A stretch of DNA of 64,000 nucleotides from Eledone cirrhosa (lineage: Eukaryota), in NCBI GenBank assembly GCA_964016885.1, contig OZ024744.1, positions 16,430,001 to 16,494,000 on the forward strand, read 5' to 3'. Shown here piece by piece: positions 52,100 through 63,500 of the stretch. Numbering within the stretch: the first letter of the stretch is position 1; each line of letters begins with the position of its first letter. Below the pieces are notes generated by a model that did not search any database, was not told where the DNA came from, and saw only the letters and a program-made list of their open reading frames with translations. Both the position numbers and the translations under genes were made by a program.

Positions 52100-55000
52100 C
52101 TGTGTTGACTGCAGTACTGTGTAAAGTGTACTGTTCACCTGAAGAATGTGTCCTGTGTTTACTGTTTTACGCTGGTACTGTGTAAAGCGTACTGTTCACC
52201 TGACGAATGTGTGCTGTGTTTACTGTAGAACTGTGTAAAGTGTACTGTTCAGCTGAGGAATGTGTCCTGTGTTTACTGTAGTAGTGTGTAAAGTGTACTG
52301 TTCACCTGACGAATGTGTCCTGTGTTTACTGTAGTACTGTGTAAGATGTACTCTTCAGCTAACTAATGGTTCCTGTGTTTACTGTAGTACCGTGTAAAAT
52401 GTACTCTTCACCTGAAGAATGTGTCCTGTGTTTACTATCGTACTGTGTAAAGTGTACTCTTCACCTGAAGAATGTGTCCTGTGTTTGCTGCAGTACTGTG
52501 TAAAGTGTACCGTTCAGCTGAAGAATGTGTCCTGTGTTTACTGTAGCACTGTGTAAAGTATACTGTTCACCTGAAGAATGTGTCCTGTGTTTACTGTAGT
52601 AATGTGTAAAGTGTACTGTTCACCTGAGGAATGTGTCCTGTGTTTACTGTAGTAATGCGTAAAGTGTACTGTTCACCTGAAGAATGTGTCCTGTGTTTAC
52701 TGTAGTACTGTGTAAAGTGTACTGTTCACATGAAGAATGTGTACTGTGTTTATTGTAGTACGGTGTAAAATGTAGTGTTCAGCTGAAGAATGTGTTCTGT
52801 GTTTAATGTAGGACTGTATAAATTGTACTGTTCACCTGAAAAATGTGTCCTGTGTTTACTGTAGTACTGTGTAAAGTGTACAGTTCACCTTAAGAAAGTG
52901 TCCCATGTTTACTGTAGTACTGTGTAAAGTGTACTGTTCACCTGAAGAACGAGTCCTGTGTTTACTGTAGTACTGTGTAAAGTGTAATGTTCACCTGAAG
53001 AATGTGTCCTGTGTTTACTCTAGTACTGTGTAAAGTGTAATGTTTACCTGAAGAATGTGTCCTGTGTTTACTGTAGTACTGTGTAAAGTGTACTGTTCAC
53101 CTGAAGAATATGTCCCGTGTTTTCTGTCGTACTGTGTAATGTGTACTGTTCACCTGAAGAATGTGTCCTGTGTTTACTGTAGTACTGTGTAAAGTGTACT
53201 GTTTAGCTGAAGAATGTGTCCAGTGTTTACTGTAGTACTGTGTAAAGTGTACTGTTCACCTGACGAAAATGTCCTGTGTTTACTGTAGTACTGTGTAAAG
53301 TGTACTGTTCACCTGAAGAATGTGTACTGTGTTTACTGTAGTACTGTGTAAAGTGTACTGTTCACCTGACGAAAATGTCCTGTGTTTACTGTAGTACTGT
53401 GTAACGTGTACTGTTCACCTGAAGAATGTGTCCTGTGTTTACTGTAGTACTGTTTAAAGTGTACTGTTCAGCTGAAGAATGTGTCCCGTGTTTACTGTAG
53501 TACTGTGTAACGTGTACTGTTCACCTGAAGAATGTGTCCTGTGTTTACTGTAGTACTGTGTAAAGTGTACTGTTCAGCTGAGGAATGTGTCCTGTGTTTA
53601 CTGTGGTACTGTGTAAAGTGTACTGTTCACCTGAAGAATGTGTCCTGTGTTTACTGTAGTACTGTGTAAAGTGTACTGTTCACGTGAAGAATGTGTCCTG
53701 TGTTGACTGCAGTACTGTGTAAAGTGTACTGTTCACCTGAAGAATGTGTCCTGTGTTTACTTAAGTACTGTGTAAAGTGTACTGTTCTCCTGAAGAATGT
53801 GTCCTGTGTTTACTGTAGTACTGTGTAAAGTATAATGCACAGCTGAAGAAAGTCTCCTGTGTTTACTGTTGGACTGTGTAAAGTGTACTGTTCACCTGAA
53901 GAATGTGTACTGTGTTTACTGTAGTAATGTGTAAAGTGTGCTGTTTACCTGAAGAATGTGTCCTGTGTTTACTGTAGTAATGTGTAAAGTGTACTGTTCA
54001 CCTGAAGAATATGTCCCGTGTTTACTGTAGTACTGTGTAAAGTGTACTCTTCACCTGAAGAATGTGTCCTGTGTTTACTGTAGTACTGTGTAAAGTATAA
54101 TGCACAGCTGAAGAAAGTGTCCTGTGTTTACTGTAGGACTGTGTAAAGTGTACTGTTCACCTGAAGAATGTGTACTGTGTTTACTGTAGTACTGTGTAAA
54201 GTGTACTCTTCACCTGAAGAATGTGTCCTGTGTTTACTGTTTTACGCTGGTACTGTGTAAAGCGTACTGTTCACCTGACGAATGTGTGCTGTGTTTACTG
54301 TAGAACTGTGTAAAGTGTACTGTTCAGCTGAGGAATGTGTACTGTGTTTACTGTAGTAGTGTGTAAAGTGTACTGTTCACCTGACGAATGTGTCCTGTGT
54401 TTACTGTAGTACTGTGTAAGATGTACTGTTCAGCTAACTAATGGTTCCTGTGTTTACTGTAGTACCGTGTAAAATGTACTCTTCACCTGAAGAATGTGTC
54501 CTGTGTTTACTATCGTACTGTGTAAAGTGTACTCTTCACCTGAAGAATGTGTCCTGTGTTTGCTGCAGTACTGTGTAAAGTGTACCGTTCAGCTGAAGAA
54601 TGTGTCCTGTGTTTACTGTAGCACTGTGTAAAGTATACTGTTCACCTGATGAATGTGTCCTGTGTTTACTGTAGTAATGTGTAAAGTGTACTGTTCACCT
54701 GAGGAATGTGTCCTGTGTTTACTGTAGTAATGCGTAAAGTGTACTGTTCACCTGAAGAATGTGTCCTGTGTTTACTGTAGTACTGTGTAAAGTGTACTGT
54801 TCACATGAAGAATGTGTACTGTGTTTATTGTAGTACGGTGTAAAATGTAGTGTTCAGCTGAAGAATGTGTTCTGTGTTTAATGTAGGACTGTATAAATTG
54901 TACTGTTCACCTGAAAAATGTGTCCTGTGTTTACTGTAGTACTGTGTAAAGTGTACAGTTCACCTTAAGAAAGTGTCCCATGTTTACTGTAGTACTGTGT

Positions 55001-56870
55001 AAAGTGTACTGTTCACCTGAAGAACGAGTCCTGTGTTTACTGTAGTACTGTGTAAAGTGTAATGTTCACCTGAAGAATGTGTCCTGTGTTTACTCTAGTA
55101 CTGTGTAAAGTGTAATGTTTACCTGAAGAATGTGTCCTGTGTTTACTGTAGTACTGTGTAAAGTGTACTGTTCACCTGAAGAATATGTCCCGTGTTTTCT
55201 GTCGTACTGTGTAATGTGTACTGTTCACCTGAAGAATGTGTCCTGTGTTTACTGTAGTACTGTGTAAAGTGTACTGTTTAGCTGAAGAATGTGTCCAGTG
55301 TTTACTGTAGTACTGTGTAAAGTGTACTGTTCACCTGACGAACATGTCCTGTGTTTACTGTAGTACTGTGTAAAGTGTACTGTTCACCTGAAGAATGTGT
55401 ACTGTGTTTACTGTAGTAATGTGTAAAGTGTGCTGTTTACCTGAATAATGTGTCCTGTGTTTACTGTAGTAATGTGTAAAGTGTACTGTTCACCTGAAGA
55501 ATATGTCCCGTGTTTACTGTAGTACTGTGTAAAGTGTACTCTTCACCTGAAGAATGTGTCCTGTGTTTACTGTAGTACTGTGTAAAGTATAATGCACAGC
55601 TGAAGAAAGTGTCCTGTGTTTACTGTAGGACTGTGTAAAGTGTACTGTTCACCTGAAGAATGTGTACTGTGTTTACTGTAGTACTGTGTAAAGTGTACTC
55701 TTCACCTGAAGAATGTGTCCTGTGTTTACTGTTTTACGCTGGTACTGTGTAAAGCGTACTGTTCACCTGACGAATGTGTGCTGTGTTTACTGTAGAACTG
55801 TGTAAAGTGTACTGTTCAGCTGAGGAATGTGTCCTGTGTTTACTGTAGTAGTGTGTAAAGTGTACTGTTCACCTGACGAATGTGTCCTGTGTTTACTGTA
55901 GTACTGTGTAAGATGTACTGTTCAGCTAACTAATGGTTCCTGTGTTTACTGTAGTACCGTGTAAAATGTACTCTTCACCTGAAGAATGTGTCCTGTGTTT
56001 ACTATCGTACTGTGTAAAGTGTACTCTTCACCTGGAGAATGTGTCCTGTGTTTGCTGCAGTACTGTGTAAAGTGTACCGTTCAGCTGAAGAATGTGTCCT
56101 GTGTTTACTGTAGCACTGTGTAAAGTATACTGTTCACCTGAAGAATGTGTCCTGTGTTTACTGTAGTAATGTGTAAAGTGTACTGTTCACCCGAGGAATG
56201 TGTCCTGTGTTTACTGTAGTAATGCGTAAAGTGTACTGTTCACCTGAAGAATGTGTCCTGTGTTTACTGTAGTACTGTGTAAAGTGTACTGTTCACATGA
56301 AGAATGTGTACTGTGTTTATTGTAGTACGGTGTAAAATGTAGTGTTCAGCTGAAGAATGTGTTCTGTGTTTAATGTAGGACTGTATAAATTGTACTGTTC
56401 ACCTGAAAAATGTGTCCTGTGTTTACTGTAGTACTGTGTAAAGTGTACAGTTCACCTTAAGAAAGTGTCCCATGTTTACTGTAGTACTGTGTAAAGTGTA
56501 CTGTTCACCTGAAGAACGAGTCCTGTGTTTACTGTAGTACTGTGTAAAGTGTAATGTTCACCTGAAGAATGTGTCCTGTGTTTACTCTAGTACTGTGTAA
56601 AGTGTAATATTTACCTGAAGAATGTGTCCTGTGTTTACTGTAGTACTGTGTAAAGTGTACTGTTCACCTGAAGAATATGTCCCGTGTTTTCTGTCGTACT
56701 GTGTAATGTGTACTGTTCACCTGAAGAATGTGTCCTGTGTTTACTGTAGTACTGTGTAAAGTGTACTGTTTAGCTGAAGAATGTGTCCAGTGTTTACTGT
56801 AGTACTGTGTAAAGTGTACTGTTCACCTGACGAAAATGTCCTGTGTTTACTGTAGTACTGTGTAAAGTGT
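52100..56870 (+). repeat. Three closely related copies of a higher-order block, spaced 2075 and 1492 bp
   Basis: The ACGCTGG marker lies at 52169/54244/55736 and GCTAAC at 52358/54433/55925 (2075 = 39x53+8; 1492 = 28x53+8). The private variants GGACTGTATAAA and CTGTCGTACTGTGTAATG are shared by all three copies. Confidence 0.85.
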
Positions 56871-59229
56871 ACTGTTCAGCTGATGAATGTGTCCTGTGTT
56901 TACTGTAGTAGTGTGTAAAGTGTACTGTTCAGCTGAGGAATGTGTCCTGTGTTTATTGTAGTACTGTGTTTAGTGTAATTTTCACCTGAAGAAAGTGTCC
57001 TGTGTTTACTCTAGTACTGTGTACGGTGTACTGTTCAGCTGAGGAATGTGTTCTGTGTTTCTGTAGTACTGTGTATAGTGTACTGAGCACTTGAAGAATG
57101 TGTCCTGTGTTTACTGTAGTACTGTTTAAAGTGTACTGTTCACCTGAAGAATGTGTCCTGTGTTTACTGTAGTACTGTGTACAGTGTACAGTTCACCTGG
57201 GGAATGTGTCCTGTGTTTACTGTAGTACTGTGTACAGTGTACTGTTCACATGAAGAATGTGTCCTGTGTTTACTGTAGTACTGTGTAAAGTGTACTGTTC
57301 AGCTGAAGAATGTGTCCTGTGTTTACTGTAGTACTGTGTAAAGTGTACTGTTCACCTGACGAATGTGTCCTGTGTTTACTGTAGTACTGTGTAAAGTGTA
57401 CTGTTCACCTGAAGAATGTGTCCTGTGTTTACTGTAGTACTGTGTAAAGTGTACTTTTCAGCTGAAGAATGTGTCCTGTGTTTACTGTAGTACTGTATAA
57501 AGTGTACTGTTCACCTGAAGAATGTGTCCTGTGTTTACTGCAGTAATGTGGAAAGTGTGCTGTTCAGCTGAAGAATGTGTCCTGTGTTTACTGTAGTAAT
57601 GTGTAAAGTGTACTGTTCACCTGACGAATATGTCCCGTGTTTACTGTAGTACTGTGTAAAGTGTACTCTTCACCTGAAGAATGTGTCCTGTGTTTACTGT
57701 AGTACTGTGTAAAGTATAATGCACAGCTGAAGAAAGTGTCCTGTGTTTACTGTAGGACTGTGTAAGTGTACTGTTCACCTGAAGAATGTGTACTGTGTTT
57801 ACTGTAGTACTGTGTAAAGTGTACTCTTCACCTGAAGAATGTGTCCTGTGTTTACTGTTTTACGCTGGTACTGTGTAGAGCGTACTGTTCACCTGACGAA
57901 CGTGTCCTGTGTTTACTGTAGAACTGTTTAAAGTGTACTGTTCAGCTGAGGAATGTGTCCTGTGTTTACTGTAGTAGTGTGTAAAGTGTACTGTTCACCT
58001 GACGAATGTGTCCTGTGTTTACTGTAGTACTGTGTAAGATGTACTGTTCAGCTAACTAATGGTTCCTGTGTTTACTGTAGTACCGTGTAAAATGTACTCT
58101 TCACCTGAAGAATGTGTCCTGTGTTTACTATCGTACTGTGTAAAGTGTACTGTTCAGTTGAAGAAAGTGTCCTCTGTTTACTGTAGTAATGTGTAAAGTG
58201 TACTGTTCAGCTGACGAATGTGTCCTGTGTATACTGTAGTACTGTGTAAAGTGTATTGTTCACCTGAAGAATGTCTCCTGTGTTTACTGTAGTACTGTGT
58301 AAAGTGTACTGTTCACCTGAAGAATTTGTCCTGTGTTTACTGTAGTACTGTGTAAAGTGTACTGTTCACCTGAAGAATGTGTCCTGTGTTTACTGTAGTA
58401 TTGTGTAAAGTATAATGTTTAGCTGAAGAAAGTGTCCTGTGTTTACTGTAGTACCGTGTAAAGTGTACTGTTCACCTGAAGAATGTGTCCTGTGTTTACT
58501 CTAGTACTGTGTAAAGTGTACTGTTCACCTGAAGAATATGTCCTCTGTTTAACATAGTAATGTGTAAAGTGTACTGTTCACCTACAGAATGTGTCCTGTG
58601 TTTACTGTGGTACTGTCTAAAGCGTACTGTTCAGCTGAAGAATGTGTCCTGTGTTTACTGTAGTACTGTGTACAGTCTACTGTTCAGTTGAAGAATGTGT
58701 CCTGTGTTTACTGTAGTACTGTGTAACGTGTACTGTTCACCTGAAGAATGTGTCCTGTGTTTACTGTAGTACTGTTTAAAGTGTACTGTTCAGCTGAAGA
58801 ATGTGTCCCGTGTTTACTGTAGTACTGTGTAACGTGTACTGTTCACCTGAAGAATGTGTCCTGTGTTTACTATAGTACTGTGTAAAGCGTACTGTTCAGC
58901 TGAGGAATGTGTCCTGTGTTTACTGTGGTACTGTGTAAAGTGTACTGTTCACCTGAAGAATGTGTCCTGTGTTTACTGTAGTACTGTGTAAAGTATAATG
59001 CACAGCTGAAGAAATTGTCCTGTGTTTACTGTAGGACTGTGTAAAGTGTACTGTTCACCTGAAGAATGTGTACTGTGTTTACTGTAGTAATGTGTAAAGT
59101 GTGCTGTTTAACTGAAGAATGTGTCATGTGTTTACTGTAGTAATGTGTAAAGTGTACTGTTCACCTGAAGAATATGTCCCGTGTTTACTGTAGTACTGTG
59201 TAAAGTGTACTCTTCACCTGAAGAATGTG

Positions 59230-60530
59230 TCCTGTGTTTACTGTAGTACTGTGTAAAGTATAATGCACAGCTGAAGAAAGTGTCCTGTGTTTACTGTAGG
59301 ACTGTGTAAAGTGTACTGTTCACCTGAAGAATGTGTACTGTGTTTACTGTAGTACTGTGTAAAGTGTACTCTTCACCTGAAGAATGTGTCCTGTGTTTAC
59401 TGTTTTACGCTGGTACTGTGTAAAGCGTACTGTTCACCTGAAGAATGTGTGCTGTGTTTACTGTAGAACTGTGTAAAGTGTACTGTTCAGCTGAGGAATG
59501 TGTCCTGTGTTTACTGTAGTAGTGTGTAAAGTGTATTGTTCAACTGACGAATGTGTCCTGTGTTTACTGTAGTACTGTGTAAGATGTACTGTTCAGCTAA
59601 CTAATGGTTCCTGTGTTTACTGTAGTACCGTGTAAAATGAACTCTTCAACTGAAGAATGTGTCCTGTGTTTACTATCTTACTGTGTAAAGTGTACTCTTC
59701 ACCTGAAGAATGTGTCCTGTGTTTGCTGCAGTACTGTGTAAAGTGTACCGTTCAGCTGAAGAATGTGTCCTGTGTTTACTGTAGTAATGTGTAAAGTGTA
59801 CTGTTCACCTGACAAATGTGTCCTGTGTTTACTGTAGTAATGCGTAAAGTGTACTGTTCACCTGAAGAATGTGTCCTGTGTTTACTGTAGTACTGTGTAA
59901 AGTATAATGCACAGCTGAAGAAAGTGTCCTGTGTTTACTGTAGGACTGTGTAAAGTGTACTGTTCACCTGAAGAATGTGTACTGTGTTTACTGTAGTACT
60001 GTGTAAAGTGTACTCTTCACCTGAAGAATGTGTCCTTTGTTTACTGTTTTACGCTGGTACTGTGTAAAGCGTACTGTTCACCTGAAGAATGTGTGCTGTG
60101 TTTACTGTAGAACTGTGTAAAGTGTACTGTTCAGCTGAGGAATGTGTCCTGTGTTTACTGTAGTAGTGTGTAAAGTGTATTGTTCAACTGACGAATGTGT
60201 CCTGTGTTTACTGTAGTACTGTGTAAGATGTACTGTTCAGCTAACTAATGGTTCCTGTGTTTACTGTAGTACCGTGTAAAATGTACTCTTCACCTGAAGA
60301 ATGTGTCCTGTGTTTACTATCTTACTGTGTAAAGTGTACTCTTCACCTGAAGAATGTGTCCTGTGTTTGCTGCAGTACTGTGTAAAGTGTACCGTTCAGC
60401 TGAAGAATGTGTCCTGTGTTTACTGTAGTAATGTGTAAAGTGTACTGTTCACCTGACAAATGTGTCCTGTGTTTACTGTAGTAATGCGTAAAGTGTACTG
60501 TTCACCTGAAGAATGTGTCCTGTGTTTACT
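59230..60530 (+). repeat. 644-bp tandem duplication (12 monomers including one 61-bp variant)
   Basis: ACGCTGG occurs at 59407/60051 and GCTAAC at 59596/60240 (+644 = 12x53+8). The private variants GTATTGTTCAACTGACG, TACTATCTTA and CTGACAAATG are in both copies. Confidence 0.88.
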
Positions 60531-63500
60531 GTAGTACTGTGTAAAGTGTACTGTTCACATGAAGAATGTGTCCTGTGTTTATTGTAGTACGGTGTAAAAT
60601 GTAGTGTTCAGCTGAAGAATGTGTTCTGTGTTTAATGTAGGACTGTGTAAATTGTACTGTTCACCTGAAAAATGTGTCCTGTGTTTACTGTAGTACTGTG
60701 TAAAGTGTACAGTTCACCTTAAGAAAGTGTCCCATGTTTACTGTAGTACTGTGTAAAGTGTACTGTTCACCTGAAGAACGAGTCCTGTGTTTACTGTAGT
60801 ACTGTGTAAAGTGTACTGTTCACCTGAAGAATGTGTCCTGTGTTTACTCTAGTACTGTGTAAAGTGTAATGTTTACCTGAAGAATGTGTCCTGTGTTTAC
60901 TGTAGTACTGTGTAAAGTGTACTGTTCACCTGAAGAATATGTCCCGTGTTTTCTGTAGTACTGTGTAAAGTGTACTGTTCACCTGAAGAATGTGTCCTGT
61001 CTTTACTGTAGTACTGTGTAAAGTGTACTGTTTAGCTGAAGAATGTGTCCAGTGTTTACTGTAGTACTGTGTAAAGTGTACTGTTCACCTGAGGAAAATG
61101 TCCTGTGTTTACTGTAGTACTGTGTAAAGTGTACTGTTCAGCTGATGAATGTGTCCTGTGTTTACTGTAGTAGTGTGTAAAGTGTACTGTTCACCTGAAG
61201 AATGTGTCCTGTGTTTACTGTAGTACTGTGTAAAGTGTACTGTTCAGCTGAGGAATGTGTCCTGTGTTTATTGTAGTACTGTGTTTAGTGTAATTTTCAC
61301 CTGAAGAAAGTGTCCTGTGTTTACTCTAGTACTGTGTACGGTGTACTGTTCAGCTGAGGAATGTGTTCTGTGTTTACTGTAGTACTGTGTATAGTGTACT
61401 GATCACTTGAAGAATGTGTCCTGTGTTTACTGTAGTACTGTTTAAAGTGTACTGTTCACCTGAAGAATGTGTCCTGTGTTTACTGTAGTACTGTGTACAG
61501 TGTACAGTTCACCTGGGGAATGTGTCCTGTGTTTACTTTATTACTGTGTACAGTGTACTGTTCAGCTGAAGAATGTGTCCTGTGTTTACTGTAGTACTGT
61601 GTAAAGTGTACTGTTCACCTGAGGAATGTGTCCTGTGTTTACTGTAGTACTGTGTAAAGTGTACTGTTCACCTGAAGAATGTGTCCTGTGTTTACTGTAG
61701 TACTGTGTAAAGTGTACTTTTCAGCTGAAGAATGTGTCCTGTGTTTACTGTTGTACTGTGTAAAGTGTGCTGTTCAGCTGAAGAATGTGTCCTGTGTTTA
61801 CTGTAGTAATGTGTAAAGTGTGCTGTTCACCTGAAGAATGTGTCCTGTGTTTACTGTAGTACTGTGTAAAGTGTACTGTTCACCTGACGAATATGTCCCG
61901 TGTTTACTGTAGTACTGTGTAAAGTGTACTCTTCACCTGAAGAATGTGTCCTGTGTTTACTGTAGTACTGTGTAAAGTATAATGCACAGCTGAAGAAAGT
62001 GTCCTGTGTTTACTGTAGGACTGTGTAAAGTGTACTGTTCACCTGAAGAATGTGTACTGTGTTTACTGTAGTACTGTGTAAAGTGTACTCTTCACCTGAA
62101 GAATGTGTCCTGTGTTTACTGTTTTACGCTGGTACTGTGTAAAGCGTACTGTTCACCTGACGAACGTGTCCTGTATTTACTGTAGAACTGTGTAAAGTGT
62201 ACTGTTCAGCTGAGGAATGTGTCCTGTGTTTACTGTAGTAGTGTGTAAAGTGTACTGTTCACCTGACGAATGTGTCCTGTGTTTACTATAGTACTGTGTA
62301 AGATGTACTGTTCAGCTAACTAATGGTTCCTGTGTTTACTGTAGTACCGTGTAAAATGTACTCTTCACCTGAAGAATGTGTCCTGTGTTTACTATCGTAC
62401 TGTGTAAAGTGTACTCTTCACCTGAAGAATGTGTCCAGTGATTGCTGCAGTACTGTGTAAAGTGTACCGTTCATCTGAAGAATGTGTCCTGTGTTTACTG
62501 TAGTAATGTGTAAAGTGTACTGTTCACCTGACGAATGTGTCCTGTGTTTACTGTAGTAATGCGTAAAGTGTACTGTTCACCTGAAGAATGTGTCCTGTGT
62601 TTACTGTAGTACTGTGTAAAGTGTACTGTTCACATGAAGAATGTGTCCTGTGTTTATTGTAGTACTGTGTAAAATGTAGTGTTCAGCTGAAGAATGTGTC
62701 CTGTGTTTAATGTAGGACTGTGTAAATTGCACTGTTCACCTGAAAAATGTGTCCTGTGTTTACTGTAGTACTGTGTAAAGTGTACAGTTCACCTTAAGAA
62801 AGTGTCCCATGTTTACTGTAGTACTGTGTAAAGTGTACTGTTCACCTGAAGAACGAGTCCTCTGTTTACTGTAGTACTGTGTAAAGCGTACTGTTCACCT
62901 GAAGAATGTGTCCTGTGTTTACTCTAGTACTGTGTAAAGTGTAATGTTTACCTGAAGAATGTGTCCTGTGTTTACTGTAGTACTGTGTAAAGTGTACTGT
63001 TCACCTGAAGAATGTGTCCTGTGTTTACTGTAGTACTGTGTAAAATGTACTGTTCAGCTGAGGAATGTGTCCTGTGTTTACTTAAGTACTGTGTAAAGTG
63101 TACTGTTCTCCTGAAGAATGTGTCCTGTGTTTACTGTAGTACTGTGTAAAATGTACTGTTCACCTGAAGAATATATAGTGTGTTTACTGTAGTACTGTGT
63201 AAATTGTACTGTACACGTGAAGAATGTGTTCTGTGTTGACTGTAGTACTGTGTAAAGTGTACTGTTCAGCTGAGGAATGTTTCCTGCGTTTACTTTAGTA
63301 CTGTGTAAAGTATACTGTTCACCTGAAGAATGTGTCCTGTGATTACTGTAGTACTGTGTAAAGTGTACTGTTCACCTGAAGAATGTGTCCTGTGTTTACT
63401 GTAGTACTGTGTAAAGTGTACTGTTCAGCTGAAGAATGTGTCCTGTGTTTACTGTAGTACTGTGTAAAGTGTACTGTTCATCTGATGAATGTGTCCTGTG

